Source: Candidatus Zixiibacteriota bacterium (GTDB lineage Bacteria > Zixibacteria > MSB-5A5 > UBA10806 > 4484-95). Taken from it: a stretch of DNA of 64,000 nucleotides. Shown here in pieces: positions 10,148-19,823 of the stretch (the stretch's first letter is position 1; each line of letters starts with the position of its first letter). The position numbers and the translations under genes are program-made. Where the stretch lies: assembly GCA_037441845.1 (NCBI GenBank), contig JBBIRK010000005.1:64001-128000 (forward strand). The letters are read 5' to 3'. The notes beneath the pieces are model-generated. The model made no database searches and was not told the DNA's origin. It saw nothing but the letters and a program-made list of their open reading frames with translations.

Positions 10148-10166
10148 ATGCAAAGACTATGCCTCT
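10148..10166 (-). promoter_or_regulatory. Putative sigma54 (-24/-12) promoter
   Basis: AGAGGCATAGTCTTTGCAT = GG-N10-GC with TTGCA, about 29 nt upstream of ATG 10121. Confidence 0.7.
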
Positions 10167-10473
10167 CGGCAACTCGACCGCATTCGCTGAGAATAATTCT
10201 CTGCGCTTATAACCAATTGGAATCTAATGAGATACCAAGTTGCCTGGGAATTAGGCTAAAAGACGTCTCGGATATCGTCGAATTCAGCAAAATCGCTATG
10301 CAGATTCCTGCAAATTAAGGCGGGCGGAGTATATTCCGCTCCAAATTGATTATATCGCCTTTCGGATTACGGCATAAATAAGAAGATTACTTACATTCCC
10401 TTGCCATCGATAGCGGCTAATCTATCGTCCGTGTTTGTGATCAATGTGAATTCGACCAGCCTTCGCCGGCTGT

Positions 10474-11859
10474 TTATAATATATATCTGCTCAGGTCCTC
10501 GTTTTCCACGATATCTTTCAATGTATCGTAAACCAATTTTTTGGTGATCCGAACTTTCTTGTTTTTAACTTCGGGTGCGTTGAACATGAGGTCTTCGAGC
10601 AGTGTAGTCATTACCGTATGCAGACGGCGCGCCCCTATATTTTCGGTTTGCGAGTTGACCATCGCCGCTATCCGAGATATTTCCGCGATACCTGAGGGTT
10701 CGAACTGCACCTCGATTCCTTCAGTGGCCAACAATTCGGTGTATTGCTTGATCAAGGCATTGGCGGGCTCGGTTAGAATTCTGATAAACTCCTTTTCGCC
10801 GAGCGGATCGAGTTCCACTCTTATGGGAAATCTTCCTTGGAGCTCTGGAATCAGATCGGACGGCTTTGAGATGTGGAAAGCACCGGCGCTGATAAAAAGG
10901 ATATGATCCGTTTTTACCATGCCATACTTGGTCATAACGTTGGTTCCTTCGACGATCGGCAGGATATCGCGTTGGACGCCCTCGCGGGAAATATCCGGGC
11001 CTATTTTCGACGGCTCACCGGCTACTTTGTCGATCTCATCGATGAATATGATTCCCAGATTTTCCACGCGGTAGATCGCCTCACCTACCACCAGATCGTA
11101 ATCGATCAATTTGGCGGATTCTTCCTGAGTGAGGATTTTTCGGGCTTCGCTTACGGTGACTTTGCGCCGCCGGGTTTTGCGAGGTATCATACCCCCCAGC
11201 ATTTCTTGGATATTCATCCCGACCTCCTCGATTCCCATGGGCGAAAAAATCTCGACCACGGGGAAACGATCGTCGGGCACGTCGATTTCGATAATCCTTT
11301 CGTCAAGGAGACCGCATTCAAGTTGTTCTTTTATTTTGTTTCTTACCGCCAAACTTCTGGCGGATTGTTCGGCGGTTGAATTGGACTGCTGTTTTTGCTT
11401 TTTTGCGCTGGAGGGCAGAAGGATATCAAGTATTCTTTCGAGCGCCAGAGCCGACGCTTTCTTTTCTACCTGCGCCTGTTTTTCTTTCTTTACCATGGCG
11501 AACGCAAGATCCATCAAATCCCTTACCATGGATTCTACGTCGCGGCCGACATAGCCGACCTCAGTATATTTCGAGGCTTCGACTTTGATAAAAGGTGCGC
11601 CGGTAAGATTGGCCAAGCGGCGGGCGATCTCCGTCTTTCCCACGCCGGTCGGCCCGATCATTATGATATTATTGGGCATTATTTCGTCTTTGAGAGGGCC
11701 GCTGATCTGTTGTCTTCGCCAGCGATTTCTTATGGCCACGGCGACCATCCTCTTCGCCTTATCCTGGCCGATTATATATTTATTGAGTTCCGCGACAATC
11801 TGCCTGGGAGTCAACTCGGCCGATTTGTTGTTGTTCATTCTATTATTCGTAATCCTCAT
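10474..11859 (-). CDS. hslU: ATP-dependent protease ATPase subunit HslU
   Basis: [58 protein letters not shown]-terminal DLSRYIL. Start is 11859 (TAATG overlap with hslV) or 11838. Confidence 0.97.
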   Translation of the reverse strand: MRITNNRMNNNKSAELTPRQIVAELNKYIIGQDKAKRMVAVAIRNRWRRQQISGPLKDEIMPNNIIMIGPTGVGKTEIARRLANLTGAPFIKVEASKYTEVGYVGRDVESMVRDLMDLAFAMVKKEKQAQVEKKASALALERILDILLPSSAKKQKQQSNSTAEQSARSLAVRNKIKEQLECGLLDERIIEIDVPDDRFPVVEIFSPMGIEEVGMNIQEMLGGMIPRKTRRRKVTVSEARKILTQEESAKLIDYDLVVGEAIYRVENLGIIFIDEIDKVAGEPSKIGPDISREGVQRDILPIVEGTNVMTKYGMVKTDHILFISAGAFHISKPSDLIPELQGRFPIRVELDPLGEKEFIRILTEPANALIKQYTELLATEGIEVQFEPSGIAEISRIAAMVNSQTENIGARRLHTVMTTLLEDLMFNAPEVKNKKVRITKKLVYDTLKDIVENEDLSRYIL

Positions 11860-12383
11860 TAAAGTGTTTCCACGGTGATATTGTTGTTGGTGTAGATGCA
11901 AATCGAGGCCGTTATACGCAGGGCTTTCTCGACTATTTCCCGAGGCGGAAGTTTGCTGTTTTGAACCAGCGCCCGTGCGGCGGCCAGGGCGTACGGCCCC
12001 CCCGAGCCAATGGCCAGTATCCCATCCTCGGGTTCGACCACGTCGCCCGTGCCGCTGATTATCAGGCCTTGCTTTTTATTGACCACTGCAAGAAGCGCTT
12101 CCAGTCTTCTCAAATACTTATCCATGCGCCATTCTTTGGCCAGCTCCACGGCCGCCCTCGGCAAATTTCCGGAAAACTCGGTCAGCTTGCCTTCGAATTT
12201 TTCGAATAGGGTCAAAGCATCAGCGGTGGCCCCTGCAAATCCCGCAAGAATGCTGTCTTCGTATAGCCTGCGGATCTTGACGGCATTGGCTTTGAGAATA
12301 GTCTCATCCAGCGTAATCTGTCCATCGGCGCCGAGCGCTGCGCCTTTGGAGTTTATAATTCCGAGAACAGTCGTTCCTCTCAT
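11859..12383 (-). CDS. hslV: ATP-dependent protease peptidase subunit HslV
   Basis: N-terminal TT nucleophile (GTTVL), AGFAG.TADA, AIGSGG, ICIYTN. Confidence 0.97.
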   Translation of the reverse strand: MRGTTVLGIINSKGAALGADGQITLDETILKANAVKIRRLYEDSILAGFAGATADALTLFEKFEGKLTEFSGNLPRAAVELAKEWRMDKYLRRLEALLAVVNKKQGLIISGTGDVVEPEDGILAIGSGGPYALAAARALVQNSKLPPREIVEKALRITASICIYTNNNITVETL

Positions 12384-13300
12384 TTATCCTCCGAGCGCGG
12401 ATGTGCACGCCGGTAAACCGAAATCAGCCTACCGGTGGTTATGTGGCTGTATTTCTGAGTCGTTTTCAGCGACGAATGACCGAGCATCTGCTGCACCGCG
12501 CGAAGATTCGCCCCGGCGGTCAATAGATGGGTGGCGAACGAATGGCGGAGGCTGTGCGTCGACAGCCCGGTTTTCTCGGAACATTTCGACAAATGCTCTT
12601 TTATTATTCTGGCGGTTCCTCGCGGACTCAAGCGTTCTCCCCTGCAATTGAGAAACAACGCTTCGGTGGGGGATTTGCGCCTTTTCGCGGCCAACCTTTC
12701 TCTTTCCGTCAGATATTCTGACAAGGCCTTTCCGGCATACGTGCCCAAAGGAACTTGTCTGAATTTGCTCCCTTTTCCGATAACACTTATTAAACCATTA
12801 CGCCAATCGATATTTCTCAAATCGAGCGAGGTCAACTCCGCCAGCCGCAATCCGCTGCCATAGAAAAGCTCGAGCATTGCTCGATTACGAAGCCTGACGA
12901 ACGGATCGTCATCTTGTTCCGTCGACTGGATCAGATAGCGGGCTTCCTCCTCTGACAGATACTGCGCCCGATATGGCTGGGTTTTTATCGGTTCGATTTC
13001 GCGGGCGGGATTTGTTTTCATTTTGCCCGAGGAAACCATGAAGTCGAAAAACGATTTAAGGGATTCGAGTTTGCGCGCCAGCGAGCTGGACTTAAGCCCG
13101 CTGCGGCGCAGCATTATCAGAAATCGACGGATCGCCATGTCATCCATTTTCGTCGGCGGATCGGGTTCCTTCTCGAGAAAATCAATAAACGCCGCCACGT
13201 CGCCGGTATAGGCCGTAATGCTGTTCTGAGCCATCCGTCCAGTTGCTTTCAGGTGATGGGCATATCGATCATAATTTTCGCGCCAAGCAATCAGATCCAT
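12380..13300 (-). CDS. xerC: Tyrosine recombinase XerC
   Basis: RNRAMLELFYGSGLRLAEL, GKGSKFR, HSLRHSFATHLL..GA.LR.VQ.MLGH.SL.TTQ.Y; conserved xerC-hslV-hslU synteny. Confidence 0.88.
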   Translation of the reverse strand: MDLIAWRENYDRYAHHLKATGRMAQNSITAYTGDVAAFIDFLEKEPDPPTKMDDMAIRRFLIMLRRSGLKSSSLARKLESLKSFFDFMVSSGKMKTNPAREIEPIKTQPYRAQYLSEEEARYLIQSTEQDDDPFVRLRNRAMLELFYGSGLRLAELTSLDLRNIDWRNGLISVIGKGSKFRQVPLGTYAGKALSEYLTERERLAAKRRKSPTEALFLNCRGERLSPRGTARIIKEHLSKCSEKTGLSTHSLRHSFATHLLTAGANLRAVQQMLGHSSLKTTQKYSHITTGRLISVYRRAHPRSEDK

Positions 13301-13306
13301 GGCTGA

Positions 13307-13335
13307 ACTATATACGTCAAATCAATCCTAAGCAA
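13307..13335 (-). promoter_or_regulatory. Putative sigma70 promoter of xerC (leaderless)
   Basis: TTGCTT-N17-TATAGT ending 6 nt before the ATG; no SD sequence. Confidence 0.5.
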
Positions 13336-13372
13336 GAAGTAATAATCAATAAGTTTCGCCGAAAGTGCCTTT

Positions 13373-14833
13373 TTATTTGTCGTCCGCCTCGATTTTCCCG
13401 CCGAACAGACTCGCCGGTGAGCGCGGTTTAACCATAAGTTGTTTCTGGCGGCTCACGATCACCTTTCCGGGGATCCCCTTGACCTTGCGCAGATATCGCA
13501 CCTCGGCATAGACCACTGCAGCTTTTCCCGAGGTGCGCGATTTGGAATAATAAGCCGCCAGCGACGCCGCCTTTTCCAGCATCGCCTTGCCGACCATTGA
13601 TTGTTTATTCGGTTTTCGTAAGATAACATGAGAGCCGCCCGCTTGCCAAGCATGAAACCAGAGATCGTGCTTGGCTGCAAATCCGAACGTCAACTCTTCG
13701 TTGTTTTCCGCCGACTTACCGGCATAAATATGCCAGCCGTCTCCCAGATCGAAATGCCGGAATGGGAGCTTTTCCTGGGTTCGGCCGGCCTCTTGTTTCT
13801 GGTGAGCCGACTTATCCCCGATTCCCTCCGTAGTGCGTAATTTTTCGAGAGCGGTACGCAGTTTTTTCAGACGTTCGGTAAGAATGCCTTGCGCGATTTC
13901 CATTTTACGCGCTTTCTCGAAATACCGTCGCGCGTTCGCCTGGGGGGTCAACGCCGGGTCAAGCGATATGTACAGGCAATATTCCGACATGGAATCCGGG
14001 TCACCGATGACCAGTTGCCGATCTCCCTTCTGAATTTTCCTTAGATTGGCCAAGACAAGGCTGCCATACTTCCTGAATTCACCCGCCTTTTCGGACTCGG
14101 CAATTTCGGCTTCAAGCTGTTTAATCTTGCTCTCGACATTAGCGATTTTCTGGTTTTGCCGTTTCGATTTTTCGTCGGAAGTCCGCCCCGATTCCAAGCT
14201 TTCCACGTAAGCAGCCAGAACTTCGAGCAGCCTTTGCGGTGCCCCCGGAGGAGTTATAGGCGGAATCGAAGTCGATTCGGCGAAACCGACAATCCGAGCG
14301 TCGTCGTTTCTTAGTAACCTATAGGTGCGGGGTAGATCATGATCATACACCGGCGGCTGCACGGAATCGACCCTTGCTTGGGACAAGTTCTCTGCGGCGA
14401 CTCCATAAATTTCTCCGGGATTTTTTCCCTTGGCATCGCGGAAAGAAGCAAGAATTTTCAACCCGGAATCGGTGACTATCAGATTTCCCGGGCCGAATAT
14501 TTCAAAAAACAGGATGTATTTCTTTTTCCGCCCGAGTCGATCGTATTTAATCAAATCGATCGCGATAATTCTATCGGATTCGACCTGACTTACCTTATCG
14601 ATCATGCTTTCGAATAAAAACGGCAACCAAGAAGAACCCTGAACTTCACCGGCGGACGCAGTCAAATACGGGGCTCCGCTTCTGATACGGAAAGCGAAAC
14701 AAATCTTTTCCGTTACGAATACCACATCTGCATGGTCGCGCAGGATTTTTTCGATTTTGCCGCCGGCGCACGATTCGTTCAATTCGCGGCTGAGAACGGC
14801 TACGTCGAGTGCGCATAATCTCTGGGGTTTCAC
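13373..14833 (-). CDS. rqcH: NFACT family ribosome quality control protein (RqcH/FbpA-like)
   Basis: NFACT-N (DRII..., EIFG.GNLI), coiled coil, ISLDP..TPQANA.RYF.KARK, NFACT-R (GKSA.NNE.LT, DLWFHA, GSHVIL, AA.LAAYYSK). Start uncertain (GTG 14833 or TTG 14869). Confidence 0.8.
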   Translation of the reverse strand: MKPQRLCALDVAVLSRELNESCAGGKIEKILRDHADVVFVTEKICFAFRIRSGAPYLTASAGEVQGSSWLPFLFESMIDKVSQVESDRIIAIDLIKYDRLGRKKKYILFFEIFGPGNLIVTDSGLKILASFRDAKGKNPGEIYGVAAENLSQARVDSVQPPVYDHDLPRTYRLLRNDDARIVGFAESTSIPPITPPGAPQRLLEVLAAYVESLESGRTSDEKSKRQNQKIANVESKIKQLEAEIAESEKAGEFRKYGSLVLANLRKIQKGDRQLVIGDPDSMSEYCLYISLDPALTPQANARRYFEKARKMEIAQGILTERLKKLRTALEKLRTTEGIGDKSAHQKQEAGRTQEKLPFRHFDLGDGWHIYAGKSAENNEELTFGFAAKHDLWFHAWQAGGSHVILRKPNKQSMVGKAMLEKAASLAAYYSKSRTSGKAAVVYAEVRYLRKVKGIPGKVIVSRQKQLMVKPRSPASLFGGKIEADDK

Positions 14834-14876
14834 ATCGAGAAATAGGATGATTTTGGCCGATAGTGTCAAGAATTTA

Positions 14877-14904
14877 TTGACATGGCCGCTTAATTAATTA
14901 ACTT
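14877..14904 (+). promoter_or_regulatory. Putative sigma70 promoter of yicC-gmk-rpoZ-topA
   Basis: TTGACA-N16-TAACTT upstream of a GAGG RBS. Confidence 0.55.
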
Positions 14905-14925
14905 AGCAAGCGTTTTGAGGCAAAA

Positions 14926-15804
14926 ATGATTTCAAGCATGACTGGCTTCGGCAGAGCCGAGAAAATCTACGATAACGGTCGGGTGACGGTGGAGATTTCC
15001 AGCGTCAACAACAGATTTCTCGAAATTCAGCTTCGCTTGCCGAAAAATCTTTTTGAGCTCGAACAAAAAATCAAGAAAATCTTGGCGAATAAACTTTCGC
15101 GAGGCAAAATATATCTTTCGGTGACGATCGACAACGAGTTATCCGAAAAGGCCAATTTGGCGTTGGATTGCTCACGAGCGGACATGTTTCACGGCATCCT
15201 CAAAGAGATTCAGAAACGCTACGGACTATCTGGACAGATCACCTTGACCGATTTCGTGAATCTGCCGGATTTGATAACCATGCAAAGCCAACCTATCGAT
15301 CTCGATCGCACTTGGGAGATGATCGAACCGGTAATACGAAAGGCTACCGAAGAAATCTGCGCCATGCGCTCGGCGGAGGGCAAGGCTATCTGCGAAGATT
15401 TACTTTTGCGGTTGGGTGAAATCGAAGAAAAACTGAAAATGATTCGGGAACGATTCGCCGAAAACAAAATGCAATATCTCGAAAAGTTGAAAAAAAGAAT
15501 CAGCGACCTGGCGGCCGAGACACCGTTGGACGAACAAAGATTGGCGGCAGAGGCAGCCATTATCGCCGATCGGCTGGATATCACCGAGGAAGTGGTTCGT
15601 CTGCAAGCCCATATCGACAGTTTCAGGGAAACACTCAATAGAGACGAGGCGATCGGCAAGAGGCTCACTTTCATTCTTCAGGAGATTTATCGCGAGGCCA
15701 ATACGATCGGCGCCAAATCCACCGATTACGGAATCTCAGCGCTGGTTATCGATATAAAGGAAACCACCGAAAAGCTGCGCGAGCAAATTCAAAATATAGA
15801 ATGA
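14926..15804 (+). CDS. yicC: YicC/YloC family endoribonuclease
   Basis: SMTGFG, SVNNRFLE, RGK, DITEE..RL..H, GKRL.FI.QE..REANTIGAK, REQIQNIE. Confidence 0.95.
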   Translation: MISSMTGFGRAEKIYDNGRVTVEISSVNNRFLEIQLRLPKNLFELEQKIKKILANKLSRGKIYLSVTIDNELSEKANLALDCSRADMFHGILKEIQKRYGLSGQITLTDFVNLPDLITMQSQPIDLDRTWEMIEPVIRKATEEICAMRSAEGKAICEDLLLRLGEIEEKLKMIRERFAENKMQYLEKLKKRISDLAAETPLDEQRLAAEAAIIADRLDITEEVVRLQAHIDSFRETLNRDEAIGKRLTFILQEIYREANTIGAKSTDYGISALVIDIKETTEKLREQIQNIE

Positions 15805-15833
15805 TCCGGCACTCTGTGCAGGATTAATATCCG

Positions 15834-16475
15834 ATGGAAACCACGAAAAACAAGAAACCCGGCTTAGCCATAGTAATATCATCGCCGTCGGGGACCGGCA
15901 AAACCACGATCTGCCGTCGGCTGGTGCGAATACACCGAGATTATCAATTTTCGATTTCGGCCACGACAAGACCCCCACGGGGAAAGGAACGACACGGACA
16001 CGACTATTATTTTTATTCCAGGGACGATTTCTTGCGCGCCAAAAAAGCCGGCCTTTTGTTCGAAACGACGAGTTACCTGGGCAATTACTATGGCACTCCG
16101 AAAGAGCCGCTCCTCAAGGCGATTTCGCAGGGACGGGTGATGCTATTGGATATCGATATTCCGGGGGGAATTGCTGTAAAAAAGCAGTTGCCCGATGCCG
16201 TAACCATTTTTCTGGTTCCGCCCGATATGCGGGAGCTCGGTCGAAGGTTGATCAAGAGACGAACCGAAACTACTGCGGCTTTGAATGCAAGGTTAAAGAT
16301 GGCGGTCAGCGAATTAAAAAGGTGGAACCATTACGATTATGTCGTAGTAAATGATGACTTGAAAACGGCCGTCAGACAGGTCGAAACGATTATCGAGGCG
16401 GAAAGGCTGAAAACCAAGCGAAAAAACGACAGGCGTTACTGGGACAGAAAATTAGCATCGATGTTAGGTTTGTAG
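15834..16475 (+). CDS. gmk: Guanylate kinase
   Basis: SSPSGTGKTT P-loop, SATTRPPR..E..G.DYYF, YYGTP, YDYVVVND. Confidence 0.96.
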   Translation: METTKNKKPGLAIVISSPSGTGKTTICRRLVRIHRDYQFSISATTRPPRGKERHGHDYYFYSRDDFLRAKKAGLLFETTSYLGNYYGTPKEPLLKAISQGRVMLLDIDIPGGIAVKKQLPDAVTIFLVPPDMRELGRRLIKRRTETTAALNARLKMAVSELKRWNHYDYVVVNDDLKTAVRQVETIIEAERLKTKRKNDRRYWDRKLASMLGL

Positions 16476-16512
16476 AAATCAAGCCGATAGATTGCTTTAG
16501 TCGAGGTTTTTT

Positions 16513-16767
16513 ATGGAACACGGAATCACCGAGAAATTGCGGGGAATAACGTCAAGCAAATACGAGGCGATAATCGTCGCCGCCAAAAAGGCAAGACTTA
16601 TCAATCTGGAAAGGTTGGCCAAAGAGGAACAGCTCGGCCCTGATGCACCGTCAACGAAGCATCTGCCGAAGGTGACAACGGAAGCCTTGAAGAAATTGGC
16701 TTCGGGCGAACTAAAATATAAGTATATCGAAGAAACTCTGGCCGACGAGGGATTTTTCCCTCAATAA
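16513..16767 (+). CDS. rpoZ: RNA polymerase omega subunit
   Basis: SKYEAIIVAAKKARLIN ... KVTTEAL..L..G; located directly after gmk. Confidence 0.85.
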   Translation: MEHGITEKLRGITSSKYEAIIVAAKKARLINLERLAKEEQLGPDAPSTKHLPKVTTEALKKLASGELKYKYIEETLADEGFFPQ

Positions 16768-16794
16768 CGTCTTCTTTTCGAACGGGATTACATC

Positions 16795-19014
16795 GTGAAA
16801 CTTCTGGTGGTCGAATCACCGACCAAGACCAAAACTTTGCGCAAATTCCTCGGGCGCGGTTTTCATCTCGCCTCGACCGGGGGTCATGTTATCGATCTGC
16901 CCAAATCCAAGCTCGGGATCGATATCAAGAGAAATTTCGCCCCCCAATACGTTACGCTCGAGGGTAAAGAAAAAGTCTTGGCCGAATTGAAAAAACTCTC
17001 GAAAAAAGCAGCTGCGATCTATCTGGCGCCCGATCCCGACCGTGAAGGCGAAGCGATCGCTTATCATGTCGCCAATGCGATCGGAAAAGTCCCTGGTAAA
17101 ATCAAGCGGGTTACTTTCAACGAAATCACCAAGAAAGCGGTACTCGATGGCATAAAGGCGGCTGGCTCCATCGATCTCGACAAAGTCTATGCCCAGCAGG
17201 CGCGTCGAATTCTCGATCGCTTGGTCGGCTACCAGGTTTCGCCGCTGCTTTGGAAATCGCTGACTATGGGGCTGTCGGCCGGTCGCGTCCAATCGGTGGC
17301 TCTGCGCTTGATTTGCGAGCGCGAAGAGGAAATCGAGAAATTCGTATCCAAGGAATTCTGGAAAATAGATGCTCGATTCGTCACCAAGAAAGGCGAAACG
17401 GTAAAAGCTCGCCTGATCAAAATCGACGGCGAAAATTTCGAAATCGGCAACGAGACGGAAGCCGCGGCCGTCTGCGAGAAAATACAAGCCGAGAATTTTG
17501 AAGTTTCTCTGGTGAAGACCGGCAATGCCAAACGGCAGTCGCCGCCGCCTTTTATCACCAGCAGCCTGCAGCAGGAAGCGTTCCAGAAACTCGGTTTCAA
17601 CAATCGCAAATGTATGATGATCGCGCAACAACTGTACGAGGGTGTCGAGCTCGGCGCGGAGGGACAGGTCGGCCTCATAACTTACATGCGCACGGATTCG
17701 TTCCGAATATCCGAAGACGCGCGTAAAGAAGCCCGTTCGTTCATTGCCGCAAATTACGGCAAAGAATTCGTCGCCGCGGAAACCAAAAAATACAAAACCC
17801 GCAAAGGCGCCCAGGATGCGCACGAGGCGATTCGGCCGACCTCGGTGGACCTTACTCCGGAAAAAATCAAACATTACTTGTCGAAAGATCAACTAAAGCT
17901 CTATCAGCTTATATGGGCCAGATTTTTGGCGTCGCAAATGGCCGATGCCAGATTGAAGACGACCACGATCGACATTCAAGGCGGCGCTTTTCTTTTCAGA
18001 GCCTCTCATCAGGAGCTCGTTTTCGAGGGATTTCTTAAAGTATATGAAGGATACGGCCGGGAAAACAACGATAGCGGTGCACTTCCAAATCTGGTCAAGG
18101 GCGATCCTCTAAAACTCGAAAATCTCGATAAGCAACAGCAGTTCACTCAGCCGCCGCCGCGTTTCAATGCCGGCAGCCTGGTAAAGGAACTCGAGGAGAA
18201 AGGGATCGGCAGACCATCCACATATGCCCAAATCGTGACGACTCTACTTACGAGGAAATATATCGAACAAAGCGAGCGCAGATTCATGCCGACCGATTTG
18301 GGCCGGGCCGTCAACAAGATTCTGATCGAACATTTTCCGGACATATTCAATGTGGATTTCACCGCCGAGATGGAAAGCGAGCTCGACAGCATAGAAGAAG
18401 GAAAGGCGGAATGGGTCGAGGTCCTCAAGTCATTCTACGAAACTTTCGAGGAAGATGTAAAAAAAGTCGCGGGTAAAATCAGCGATATCAAGAAGAATAT
18501 GATGGAAAAAACGAACGAGGTCTGCGATAAATGCGGATCGCCGATGGTGATCAAGTACGGCCGCAACGGCAGATTCCTCGCCTGCAGCAAATACCCCGAA
18601 TGTAAAAACACGCGCCCGCTCGAAAACGATGTGGAAAAAACCGATAAAATCTGCCCTAATTGCGGTTCGCCGATGGTTATCCGCCGCGGCCGGTTCGGTC
18701 GATTCATAGCCTGTATTAAATATCCCGAATGCAAAACCACGGCCAGCGTTTCCACCGGAGTCAAATGCCCCGAAAAAAACTGCGACGGTGAAATCGTCGA
18801 GCGCTCTTCGCGCAAAGGAAGGCTCTTCTATTCCTGCTCGCGCTATCCCAAATGCAAATTTTCCAGTTGGGCGAAACCGATTCCGAAAACCTGCCCCGCC
18901 TGCGGGAATTCATACCTCGTGGAACGCACGACCGCACGGGGTTCGTATATTTCCTGCCCGGTTTGCAAAAACCGAGTGTCCGAACCGGAAAAAGAGACGG
19001 TGGCGAACAGGTAA
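16795..19014 (+). CDS. topA: DNA topoisomerase I
   Basis: LVVESPTK, GHVIDLP, DPDREGEAIA, SAGRVQS, GLITYMRTD (catalytic Tyr), AQDAHEAIRPT, C-terminal C4 zinc ribbons; GTG start. Confidence 0.98.
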   Translation: MKLLVVESPTKTKTLRKFLGRGFHLASTGGHVIDLPKSKLGIDIKRNFAPQYVTLEGKEKVLAELKKLSKKAAAIYLAPDPDREGEAIAYHVANAIGKVPGKIKRVTFNEITKKAVLDGIKAAGSIDLDKVYAQQARRILDRLVGYQVSPLLWKSLTMGLSAGRVQSVALRLICEREEEIEKFVSKEFWKIDARFVTKKGETVKARLIKIDGENFEIGNETEAAAVCEKIQAENFEVSLVKTGNAKRQSPPPFITSSLQQEAFQKLGFNNRKCMMIAQQLYEGVELGAEGQVGLITYMRTDSFRISEDARKEARSFIAANYGKEFVAAETKKYKTRKGAQDAHEAIRPTSVDLTPEKIKHYLSKDQLKLYQLIWARFLASQMADARLKTTTIDIQGGAFLFRASHQELVFEGFLKVYEGYGRENNDSGALPNLVKGDPLKLENLDKQQQFTQPPPRFNAGSLVKELEEKGIGRPSTYAQIVTTLLTRKYIEQSERRFMPTDLGRAVNKILIEHFPDIFNVDFTAEMESELDSIEEGKAEWVEVLKSFYETFEEDVKKVAGKISDIKKNMMEKTNEVCDKCGSPMVIKYGRNGRFLACSKYPECKNTRPLENDVEKTDKICPNCGSPMVIRRGRFGRFIACIKYPECKTTASVSTGVKCPEKNCDGEIVERSSRKGRLFYSCSRYPKCKFSSWAKPIPKTCPACGNSYLVERTTARGSYISCPVCKNRVSEPEKETVANR

Positions 19015-19052
19015 TTCTCCGCGCTTGATTCCAATTTAATAAAGAAAATAAT

Positions 19053-19085
19053 AAACGCCCCAGCGGAATTCCGCCGGGGCGTTTT
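19053..19085. terminator. Bidirectional terminator between convergent topA and sdhB
   Basis: AAACGCCCC-AGCGG-AATT-CCGCC-GGGGCGTTT inverted repeat flanked by A and T tracts. Confidence 0.8.
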
Positions 19086-19102
19086 CTATGGATCTCCTTA
19101 TT

Positions 19103-19822
19103 TTATCTATCGAGAAATTTCAAGAAAGGCATTTTTTCCACGAGAATTTTGATTTTCAATTTGCTGATCGCGCCGGTCGGATCCAGATCGCGCGGACAAA
19201 CTTTCTGACAGTTGAACACGGTATGACATCGAAAGACCCCGATGTCTTTGGCCACAATCGCCAATCGCTCCGAGGCAGCCCCGTCCCGGGAATCCTCAAC
19301 GAATCGCAGCGCCTTGAGCAGGGCGTGAGGCCCTATATAATTCGGGTCACCGCTGGCCACCGGACAAGATCCATAACAAGCCGCACAGAGAATGCAATCG
19401 ACGTGGGGATCGAGTTTTTTCCGCTGTTCCGGCGTTTGAAGATTCTCCTTTTCCGGAGGTTTTTCTTTGGGAATCAAATATGGTTTTATCAGCCGGTAGT
19501 TTGCCCAGAATTGGGTCATGTCCACCACCAAATCCCGGATAACGGGCATATGTGCTAGAGGTCTTACCACTATCGGTTCTTTGAGTGCGCTCACCTGGGT
19601 CTTGCAGGCAAGGCGATACTGGCCGTTGATATGCATGGCGCACGATCCGCAAACCGCCTCGCGGCAACTGCAGCGAAAGGCCAGCGATGGATCCAACTCC
19701 TCGAGAATATAGAAAAGTCCCTCGAGCACCGTCATCCCCTTGACATCCGGTACGGCATAAGTATCGAACCTCGGCGCCGTGCCCACATCGGGATCATATC
19801 TGAAAACGGAGAATTGCGGCAT
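19103..19822 (-). CDS. sdhB: Succinate dehydrogenase/fumarate reductase iron-sulfur subunit
   Basis: SCREAVCGSC, CILCAACYGSCP, CHTVFNCQKVCP. Confidence 0.96.
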   Translation of the reverse strand: MPQFSVFRYDPDVGTAPRFDTYAVPDVKGMTVLEGLFYILEELDPSLAFRCSCREAVCGSCAMHINGQYRLACKTQVSALKEPIVVRPLAHMPVIRDLVVDMTQFWANYRLIKPYLIPKEKPPEKENLQTPEQRKKLDPHVDCILCAACYGSCPVASGDPNYIGPHALLKALRFVEDSRDGAASERLAIVAKDIGVFRCHTVFNCQKVCPRDLDPTGAISKLKIKILVEKMPFLKFLDR

Positions 19823-19823
19823 C

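Noticed and set aside
10330..10338. 9-mer TATATTCCG shared by both pseudo-RNase H upstream regions (also 58259-58267) as an enhancer site
   Set aside because: One shared 9-mer between two regions of about 300 bp is expected by chance roughly a third of the time (300x300/4^9), and the distances to the promoters differ.
12380..13300. Tyrosine recombinase as a prophage or integron integrase
   Set aside because: It has xerC-hslV-hslU housekeeping synteny, no integron-integrase insertion, and no attC cassettes, att repeats or phage genes nearby.
16816..17892. 358-aa minus-strand ORF and the many similar antisense ORFs over hslU, clpC, lysS, pgs and the peptidases
   Set aside because: They are antisense to well-supported genes and explained by codon bias.
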